A DNA stretch of 7,545 bases from Octopus sinensis (Eukaryota): contig NW_021828836.1 of the NCBI RefSeq assembly GCF_006345805.1, forward strand, positions 1 to 7,545, written 5' to 3'. Under the pieces are notes generated by a model, which did no database searches, had not been told where the DNA came from, and was given only the letters and a program-made list of their open reading frames with translations. Shown here piece by piece: positions 1 through 6,859 of this stretch (the first letter of the stretch is position 1; every line of letters starts with the position of its first letter). Made by a program: the position numbers and the translations under genes.

Positions 1-74
1 TGTATCTGTTTCTTAAACGCATGTAAATATATTCTAATAAATTTCAAATTACATTATATATCTTCGTACATGTA

Positions 75-104
75 TTGGGTTGTCTGAAAAGTTCTTGCCA
101 ATTT
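75..104 (+). repeat. Left terminal inverted repeat of mariner
   Basis: 26/30 identical to the reverse complement of 603-632; preceded by TA. Confidence 0.93.
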
Positions 105-248
105 ATTGTAGCTTACCTTTCGGCTTATTTTAGAACATAGTTGAGTCCATAAAATAGGATTTGACTACACTTCCATTTAGAGCACAGTTTACGCTATCTT
201 TTCGTGGAAGAAGGTTTATGTTCCTATAACCTGTGTTAATTCTTTAAA

Positions 249-559
249 ATGGAAGATAAGAAAGTTCCTTTTCGAAATTTGATGCTTTGGGAACCAGATA
301 AAAATTGCTGCAGCTCGGCTGGGACGTGTTACCCCACCCTCCATATTCATCAGATATTGCTCCTTCGGATTTCCACTTATTCAAGTCTCTGCAGAATTGT
401 CTTAATGGTAAAAATTTCAATTCCTTGGAAGACGTAAAAAGATACCTTGATGAATTCTTTGCCATGAAACCACCCCAATTCTGGGAAGAGGGTATTTTCA
501 AGTTAAAGGAAAGATGGAGACGCATTGTGCAACCAAATGGTTCATATTTGGTTGATTAA
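249..559 (+). pseudogene. Mariner DD34D transposase remnant: first ~15 codons joined out of frame to the last ~89 codons
   Basis: ATG at 249 gives MEDKKVPFRNLMLWE, resembling mariner N-termini such as MENQKEHFRHILLFYF. From 293, in another frame, it reads TR*KLLQLGWDVLPHPPYSSDIAPSDFHLFKSLQN...ERWRRIVQPNGSYLVD*. This contains the mariner HPPYSPDLAPSD motif with the third catalytic Asp and the typical C-terminal end. The HTH domain and first two catalytic Asp are missing, and there is an in-frame TAA at 299-301. Confidence 0.92.
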
Positions 560-602
560 AAATGTAATGGCAAGTATTTATTAACCTTTTTCTTTCCTTT
601 AA

Positions 603-632
603 AAATCGGCACGAACTTTCCGGACAACCCAA
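603..632 (-). repeat. Right terminal inverted repeat of mariner
   Basis: AAATCGGCACGAACTTTCCGGACAACCCAA followed by TA; inverted match to 75-104. Confidence 0.93.
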
Positions 633-634
633 TA

Positions 635-924
635 CTTCGTTGGTTACGGCGACGAAGGTGTCATTTGATTCGATTAACCGAAGAGCGAGTTCGTGAAAGG
701 AACATACAAGTGGCTGAGTACTCCACAGATATGCATAAGCTTAACTTAGTTCTCAGGGAATTCCGCCTGACAGAGAATGTGATAAGGCAGGCCCTTTGAA
801 ATACAGGTAATACACATTTTTGTCTGTTGTTTGGAGTTGAGCAACGTGAAAAAAAGTGTAATGCTCAAGGACACAACCTTTTGATTGTGAGCCGTATATC
901 CTTAACAACTGAGCCACGCGCCTT
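635..924 (-). mobile_element. Old, degenerate tRNA-derived SINE with a CORE-like central domain (octopus OR2-like), B-box region deleted
   Basis: The minus strand starts AAGGCGCGTGGCTCAGTTGTTAAGG (A-box-like), then GTTGTGTCCTTGAGCATTACACTTTTTTTCACGTTGCTC, resembling the MIR/CORE motif TGTGTGACCTTGGGCAAGTCACTT. 635-809 is homologous to 2764-2941, sharing GGCCCTTTGAAATACAGGTA exactly (790-809 = 2922-2941) and AAGTGGCTGAG.ACTCCACAGA. The family name is from memory. Confidence 0.7.
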
Positions 925-991
925 CATAAATTCTCTTAAATAATGAGATAAAAAAACAAGCAATATTTTTTGGTTCGAGAAACAATACTAT

Positions 992-1228
992 CATATATTT
1001 CTTTACTACCCACAAGGGGCTAAACATAGAGGGGACAAACAAGGACAGACAATGGCTTAAGTCGATTACACCGACCCCATCGCGAAACTGGTAATTTATT
1101 TATCGACCCCGAAAGAATGAAAGGCAAAGTCGACCTCGGCGGAATTTGAACTCAGAACGTAGCGGCAGGCGAAATACCGCTAAGCATTTCGCCCGGCGTG
1201 CTAACGTTTCTGCCAGCTTGCGGCCCTA
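992..1228 (-). mobile_element. tRNA-derived SINE, second lineage, monomeric copy
   Basis: The reverse complement aligns along its length with 3278-3510 (about 82% by hand). B-box GAGTTCAAATTCC lies at 1141-1153 (minus) and an A-box-like AGCTGGCAGAAACG at 1205-1218. Imperfect TSD: AGAAACAATACTAT (978-991) vs AGAAACATAATACTAT (1229-1244). Confidence 0.88.
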
Positions 1229-1286
1229 AGAAACATAATACTATTACAGGAATGTTTTCAGTTACACTCATAAATATAGACGTACA

Positions 1287-1450
1287 TGTGAGTGAGTGAG
1301 TGAGTGAGAGAGTGTGTGAGTGAGTGAGTGAGTGTGTGTGTGAGTGAGTGAGTGAGTGAGAGAGTGTGTGAGTGAGTGAGTGAGTGTGTGTGTGTGTTGT
1401 GTGTGTGTGTATGTGTGTGTGTGTTGTGTGTGTGTATGTGTGTGTGTGTG
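1287..1450. repeat. Compound (TGAG)n/(TG)n microsatellite
   Basis: Read directly; contains an exact 52-nt higher-order duplication (1289-1340 = 1341-1392). Confidence 0.97.
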
Positions 1451-1733
1451 ATCATGTGTGTACATAAACGCATAACATCAGGCACTCACGCACTGACAAA
1501 TACATAATGCTCACTAGATTGATTTTCAAGGAAACAATTATAAATCGAAAATATAACAGGACTTGCATATTCCGTTCTTCTGGGTTATAATTGCAGAATT
1601 TCTGCGGATTATTAGGGATTTTCAGACATGAGTTTGATATAATCAAAAATCTCCATATTACTATCTATCTGATAACCTTGACCGTGAATGAGCTTTATAG
1701 GACAAACTAAAGGGTTAAGACCTAAATGAAATT

Positions 1734-1848
1734 ACACACACACGCACGCACACACGCACACACATACACCGACACACACATTAATACAGACACACAAACA
1801 CAGAAACAGACACGCACACACAGAAACACACACACACATACAGACACG
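1734..1848. repeat. Degenerate (CA)n-rich microsatellite
   Basis: Read directly; CA, CGCA and CAGA variants. Confidence 0.9.
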
Positions 1849-1887
1849 CGAAAATATACGGCTGATAATTACAAGGAATCTAAAATT

Positions 1888-1941
1888 TAATCGATTAACC
1901 TCTGACTAGAATTGCAGGCCTTGCGCCAAAATTTGAAAACA
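1888..1941 (+). mobile_element. Probable 3'-end relic of a SINE related to the distal unit at 3621-3675
   Basis: TAATCGATTAACCTCTGACTAGAATTGCAGGCCT resembles TAATCGACTTAACCGCTCTCCAAATTTTAAGCCT (3621-3654) and is followed directly by an (AT)n tail. The match is short and degenerate. Confidence 0.4.
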
Positions 1942-1990
1942 ATATATATATATATTTGCGCGCGCGCGTGTGTGTGTGTGTGTCTGTGTG
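1942..1990. repeat. Compound (AT)n-(GC)n-(GT)n alternating purine-pyrimidine tract
   Basis: Read directly: ATATATATATATAT TT GCGCGCGCGCG TGTGTGTGTGTGTGT. Confidence 0.95.
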
Positions 1991-2044
1991 TTCCTCCCCC
2001 AACCGCTTGACAACTGCCGTTGATGCGTTGAGGTCCGTTGATGC

Positions 2045-2045
<1 letters not shown>

Positions 2046-2094
<49 letters not shown>

Positions 2095-2101
2095 GTATGT
2101 A
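2046..2101. repeat. (TA)n followed by (ATGT)5 microsatellite
   Basis: Read directly. Confidence 0.97.
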
Positions 2102-2258
2102 TTATAGCTAAACCTTCAAATCTTACTGCTTCCTTTACTGTTTTGTTCCTCCTTACTATCTTCTCATACTCTTCGACTCATCTTTTCCAGAACTTTCGTC
2201 TATCCTCTTATTAATCTCCATCTATTTCCGAATCTCCCCATCCTCTTCTATCTAACAG

Positions 2259-2355
2259 TCTCTCTCTGTTTCTTTCTCTCTCGCTCTCTCTCTCTCTCTT
2301 TCCTCCCTCTCTTTCTCCCTCTCTCTCTCTCCCTCTTACCCCCTCTCTCGCTCTT
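2259..2355. repeat. (CT)n-rich polypyrimidine tract
   Basis: Read directly; source of the R/E/G-rich ORF 2211-2420 on the minus strand. Confidence 0.93.
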
Positions 2356-2756
2356 CGATCATCTTCCAACCCAACCCTCGTTTCCTTTCTGTTTCTCATA
2401 ACTGTCACCGTTTCTTTCACGGTTTCATTGTTATAACGTTTTAAGACCGGCGTCTCAATTTCACCCCTAGCAACCAGCTCATTACTATCACCCTCTTTAT
2501 TTATTTATTTATTGATTCGCGTATGGTCAGTCAACACCATTCTAACTCAACTCGCATCGTCCTTGTCATCATCAACATCATCAAAACTATCATCTTTTTC
2601 GTCGCTTATAGAGCCATCATTTAAGGTCTTTGATCGTAATAAATTTGTAAAATGTTAGGTGAATTTAGCGAAAATAGCTTGAGTGATTGATCCTACTCTA
2701 ATACGAACCTGTAGGCTGATATATTTGTAACAGGCACAGAGGCAATAACCGTGGTA

Positions 2757-3138
2757 TGGAAGCACTCCGTCAGTTACGACGACGAGGGTTCCGGTTGATC
2801 CGAATCAACGGAACAGCCTGCTCGTGAAATTAGCATGTAAGTGGCTGAGCACTCCACAGACACGTGCACCCTGAACGTAGTTCTCGGGGATATTCAGCGT
2901 GACACAGAGAGTGAGAAGGCCGGCCCTTTGAAATACAGGTACAACAGAAACAGGAAGTAAGAGTGAGAGAAAGTTGTGGTGAAAGAGTACAGCAGGGATC
3001 ACCAACATCCCCTGCCGGAGCCTCGTGGAGCTTTAGGTGTTTTCGCTCAATAAACACTCACAATGCCCGGTCTGGTAATCGAAACCGCGATCCTATGACC
3101 GCGAATCCGCTGCCCTAACCACTGGGCCATTGCGCCGC
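2757..3138 (-). mobile_element. Full-length tRNA-derived SINE (tRNA-Arg-like head; octopus OR1-like), 382 bp, with a perfect 14-bp target-site duplication
   Basis: CAATAACCGTGGTA occurs at 2743-2756 and 3139-3152. The minus strand begins GCGGCGCAATGGCCCAGTGGTTAGGGCAGCGGATTCGCGGTCATAGGATCGCGGTTTCGATTACC, with A-box TGGCCCAGTGG (3119-3129) and B-box-like GGTTTCGATTACC (3074-3086). Its 3' 180 bp are shared with 635-809. The family name is from memory. Confidence 0.92.
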
Positions 3139-3277
3139 CAATAACCGTGGTAGTCTTAGCGAGTAGGGTGATTTGGAATCTGTGGAGTTACTGGCCCCTA
3201 TTTGACCTTTGCCCTATATTAGAAAATTTTGTTGTTACTATTTTTTTAATTATTGTTATTGTTATTTGTGTCTTATG

Positions 3278-3675
3278 TAAGGTGGTGAGCTGGCAGAGAC
3301 GTTAGCACGCCGGGCAAAATTCTTAGCGGTATTTCGTCTGTCGTTACGTTCTGAGTTCAAATTCCACGGAGGTCGACTTCGCCTTCGTACTTTTGAGGTC
3401 GATAAATTAAGTACCACTTACACACTGAGGTCAACGTAATCGACTTAATTTGTTTGTCTGTCCTTGTTTGTCTCCTCTGTGTTTAGCCCCTTGTAGGTAA
3501 TAAAGAAACAGGTTTTTCGTCTGCCGTTACGTTCTGAGTTCAAATTCCGCCGAGGTCGACTTTGCCTGTCATCCTTTCGGAATCGATGAAATAAGTATCA
3601 GATATGCACTAGGGTCGATGTAATCGACTTAACCGCTCTCCAAATTTTAAGCCTATCTATAGCAGACAGAAAGTA
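3278..3675 (+). mobile_element. tRNA-derived SINE (same lineage as 992-1228), partially dimeric: full monomer 3278-3510 plus a second partial unit 3511-3675 with a different 3' end
   Basis: 3278-3510 aligns with the reverse complement of 997-1228. 3511-3632 repeats 3328-3448 (GGTxTTTCGTCTG...GAGTTCAAATTCC...GTAATCGACTTAA). B-boxes lie at 3353-3365 and 3536-3548. No TSD was identified. Confidence 0.88.
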
Positions 3676-3733
3676 CTATTATTATTATCATCCTCATCAT
3701 CATCATTATTATTACTGTTTTGTTGTTATTAAC

Positions 3734-3801
<68 letters not shown>

Positions 3802-3821
3802 TTATTTTTATTATTATTATT

Positions 3822-3883
<62 letters not shown>

Positions 3884-3945
3884 CATATTATTAATTAGTA
3901 TTATTATTATTATTATTAATTATTTTATTATTATTATTATCATCA

Positions 3946-4034
<89 letters not shown>

Positions 4035-4057
4035 CATTATTATTATTATTATTATTA

Positions 4058-4094
<37 letters not shown>

Positions 4095-4208
4095 CACATC
4101 ATTATTATTATTATTAATATTATTATTATTATTATTATCATTATTATTATTATTATTATTATTATATTATTATTATTATTATCATTATTATTATTATTAT
4201 TATTATTA

Positions 4209-4239
<31 letters not shown>

Positions 4240-4292
4240 CATTATTACTATTATTATTATTATTATTATTAGTTTTATTATTATTATTATTA

Positions 4293-4331
<39 letters not shown>

Positions 4332-4384
4332 TATTATCATTATTATTATTATATTATTATTTTATTATTATTATTATCATTATC

Positions 4385-4421
<37 letters not shown>

Positions 4422-4551
4422 TCATTATTATTATTATTATTATTTTAATTATATTATTATCATCATTATTATTATATTATTATTATTATTATTATTATTA
4501 TCATTATTATTATTATTATTATCATTATTATGATTATTATTATTATTATTA

Positions 4552-4582
<31 letters not shown>

Positions 4583-4601
4583 CATTATTATTATTATCAT
4601 C

Positions 4602-4649
<48 letters not shown>

Positions 4650-4712
4650 CATCATCATTATTATTATTATATAATTATTATTATATTATTATTATTATCA
4701 TTATTTTTATAT
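3676..4712. repeat. About 1.04-kb interrupted (ATT)n trinucleotide expansion
   Basis: Read directly. ATC, ACT, AGT and GTT variants and several phase slips. It produces the poly-I/L/Y/N ORFs at 3653-4715. Confidence 0.98.
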
Positions 4713-4850
4713 TGACTCAGTGGTTTCGTGTCTGGTTTTTATCTTTATTTACGAGAATAGGACGTTCACGCCCTTTTCTCTCCTAAAACATCCTCAGAAC
4801 AAACACGACATTATAAAACTGCCACAAGCAATGAATGAAAGAGATTAGAC

Positions 4851-4896
4851 AGCGAGAGCGAGAGCGAGAGCGAGATCAAGAGCGAGAGCGAGAGCG
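4851..4896. repeat. (GAGAGC)n hexanucleotide microsatellite
   Basis: AGCGAG repeated about 7.5 times with one degenerate unit. Confidence 0.92.
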
Positions 4897-4967
4897 TGAA
4901 AAGGGTTCTCTCGGCACTCCAATGTTTACGACGTGTAATCTGTATCCTCCTCGTTTCTTTTCTAACC

Positions 4968-5015
4968 ACAAACACACATACACAAACACAAACACATACA
5001 CAAACACACACACAC
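4968..5015. repeat. Degenerate (CA)n microsatellite
   Basis: Read directly; contains a near-duplicated 18-mer A(A/C)ACACATACACAAACAC. Confidence 0.9.
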
Positions 5016-5255
5016 GTATTACAGTCGACATTTTAGCAAAAGGGCCCCCGACATGTTAGCATCATAAATAAGTATGTAAATAAATAAATAAATATTGTAC
5101 GAGCTCAAACTCGCTTACGGCAATCATAAAACAGTAATAAACAAGACAGCATATTGCTGGCTCGTTTGCCGGTCGACAGGATTAAAATAAAGCCGCACAT
5201 AAAACATATAAAAACATGGAACATCATTAACAATTGCCACTACAACAAAACAATT

Positions 5256-5310
5256 ATAATAATAATAATAATAATAATGATAATAATAAGGGCGATAATG
5301 ATAATGATGA
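5256..5310. repeat. (AAT)n/(GAT)n tract, probably the minus-strand tail of the adjacent SINE relic
   Basis: Read directly; lies 5 bp from 5316-5338. Confidence 0.85.
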
Positions 5311-5315
5311 GGAAG

Positions 5316-5338
5316 ATTTCTTTATTGCCACAAGGGGC
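5316..5338 (-). mobile_element. 3'-terminal relic of the 992-1228 / 3278 SINE lineage
   Basis: ATTTCTTTATTGCCACAAGGGGC matches ATTTCTTTACTACCCACAAGGGGC (997-1020) at 21/24, at the position of the SINE 3' terminus. On the minus strand it is followed by an (ATT)n tail. Confidence 0.55.
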
Positions 5339-5418
5339 AGCGAATGACGAGCACCGCAGGGCGAAACGCATAAACAGTGGTGGGGGAGCTTAGTGTGTCA
5401 GTATGACAGTAAAAGATA

Positions 5419-5469
<51 letters not shown>
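5419..5469. repeat. Perfect (AAT)17 microsatellite
   Basis: Read directly; 51 nt uninterrupted. Confidence 0.98.
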
Positions 5470-5470
<1 letters not shown>

Positions 5471-5528
5471 TCCATAAAAAATCCGAAAGACAATCCTTAG
5501 CACAAATCAAAACGTTAAAAACGTGAAT

Positions 5529-5597
5529 ACACACACACACATGCACAACACACATATATATATATTATATATATGGGTGTTATGAGTGTACACACAC

Positions 5598-5646
<49 letters not shown>

Positions 5647-5846
5647 TTATATATATGTATATATACATACATACATATATATGCATGCATATATATATAT
5701 ATGAGTGTACATATAATATATATGAGTGTACATATATATATATATCTGAGTGTAAACATATATATAATATATATACTATATATATATATCTATATATATA
5801 TATATATTACACTCATAAACACCCATATCCATATATATTACACCCA
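5529..5846. repeat. Compound (CA)n/(TA)n tract containing a repeated ATGAGTGTA motif and 20/21-bp inverted arms
   Basis: ATGAGTGTACA at 5582-5592, 5701-5711 and 5722-5732; TGAGTGTAAA at 5747-5756; inverted arms at 5571-5590 and 5808-5828. Confidence 0.92.
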
Positions 5847-5904
5847 CAATAAAATACCGAGGTGACTGCGCGTAATATGGTCACAATTTAAAACAAACCA
5901 CCAA

Positions 5905-5935
5905 ACACACACACACACACACACACGCACACACA
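5905..5935. repeat. (CA)n microsatellite
   Basis: Read directly. Confidence 0.96.
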
Positions 5936-6138
5936 GCATTTAGGAGCAAGAGTAAATAACCTGAAACATACGCTAGGTGGCTGTGTCAATTGCTATTAAT
6001 GTTAAAGAGGTCGTTATTTGTTGGCCGTCATTTTGTTTATTAGTCTCTTTGCTTTTCAAAATGGCAACACGTCTCTTTGTCGCTTCGCGTAACGGACCTC
6101 TCTGATTGACTATCTTGTATTTCTCTCACCTCCTTGTT

Positions 6139-6149
6139 TGTGTGTGCAT

Positions 6150-6183
<34 letters not shown>

Positions 6184-6425
6184 GCATAATATATACAAAT
6201 ATATACGCATATATACATATAAATATATATATATATATATATTATATATACATACGTATGTATTTATATACATATATATATATACACACACACACATATA
6301 TATACACACATATATATGCATATATATATATATACGACGCTATATAACATATATATTTATATATACATATATATCTATACACACATATATTTATATATAT
6401 ATATATGTATGTATATATAATATAT

Positions 6426-6456
<31 letters not shown>

Positions 6457-6540
6457 TATACATACATATATATACACTCACACACTTATACACACACATA
6501 TATATGTATATACATACACAAATACGCCCGCACTCACACA

Positions 6541-6585
<45 letters not shown>

Positions 6586-6726
6586 ACATATGTATGTATG
6601 TATACGTATGTGTATATACATATATGTATATATGTCATATACATACATACATTTATACATATAAGCACACACACTCATTCTGACATACCCACGCACTCAC
6701 ATACACACACAGAAACACATACGCAC
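6139..6726. repeat. Long compound (TA)n/(CA)n/(TACA)n low-complexity tract
   Basis: Read directly; source of the Y/I/H/T- and V/C/Y/M-rich ORFs at 6040-6696. Confidence 0.96.
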
Positions 6727-6736
6727 TAAAGGCTTG

Positions 6737-6744
6737 TGACGTCA
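6737..6744. promoter_or_regulatory. Perfect CRE (CREB/ATF) consensus TGACGTCA, motif match only
   Basis: Sits inside the 12-bp perfect palindrome TGTGACGTCACA (6735-6746). There is no evidence of function. Confidence 0.15.
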
Positions 6745-6859
6745 CATCAGGTGCTTTTTAGAATATTGTCACATATAATCTTTTATACATTTCTATAGAT
6801 TGTATATGTTACTTTTTTTTCTACACCATTCTTTTCTATAATGACCTCCGCTACGTCAC

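Larger units (their letters stand above)
75..632 (+). mobile_element. Internally deleted, non-autonomous mariner DNA transposon (Tc1/mariner superfamily, probably mellifera-like subfamily), 558 bp
   Basis: Left end TTGGGTTGTCTGAAAAGTTCTTGCCAATTT (75-104) and the reverse complement of 603-632 (TTGGGTTGTCCGGAAAGTTCGTGCCGATTT) match at 26/30. TA flanks both ends (73-74, 633-634). The interior encodes mariner transposase termini. The subfamily is inferred from the TTGGGTTG TIR start and the protein termini. Confidence 0.95.

Noticed and set aside
244-525. 93-aa minus-strand ORF and the 62-aa plus-strand ORF 249-437 as separate genes
   Set aside because: The first is an antisense shadow of the transposase remnant. 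The second is the true N-terminus running out of frame past the deletion junction.
1262-1274. 13-bp identity TTACACTCATAAA with 5807-5819
   Set aside because: It is short and AT-rich, both copies sit next to microsatellites, and flanking homology does not extend. It is probably chance.
1258-1485. His/Thr/Ser/Leu-rich minus-strand ORFs resembling metal-binding peptides
   Set aside because: They are the reverse complement of the (TGAG)n/(TG)n microsatellite.
2805-3057. Two minus-strand ORFs (67 and 75 aa) with complex sequence
   Set aside because: Both lie entirely within the TSD-bounded SINE at 2757-3138 and are incidental.
3060-3138. Possible tRNA gene on the minus strand
   Set aside because: It has A/B boxes but no clear complete cloverleaf or oligo-T terminator, and it continues into a SINE body bounded by a TSD. 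It is a SINE head.
3241-3277. Possible TSD for the 3278 SINE paired with sequence after the (ATT)n tract (~4700-4735)
   Set aside because: Only weak low-complexity similarity (TTTGTGTCT vs TTTCGTGTCT) was found, and no defensible boundary.
3653-4715. Long ORFs (up to 242 aa) of poly-Ile/Leu/Tyr/Asn that look like membrane or low-complexity proteins
   Set aside because: They are translations of (ATT)n, where some frames have no stop codon. There is no complex sequence or other sign of coding function.
5582-5756. Repeated ATGAGTGTACA motif with variable spacers, superficially CRISPR-like
   Set aside because: The repeat is only ~10 bp, the spacers are plain (TA)n of irregular length, there are no cas genes and the context is eukaryotic.
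5955-5972. Minus-strand GTATGTTTCAG|GTT as a splice acceptor
   Set aside because: It has a weak pyrimidine tract, and no matching donor or open exon frame could be supported.
5586-6696. YI/HT/VC-rich ORFs of 69-176 aa
   Set aside because: They are translations of (TA)n/(CA)n dinucleotide tracts.
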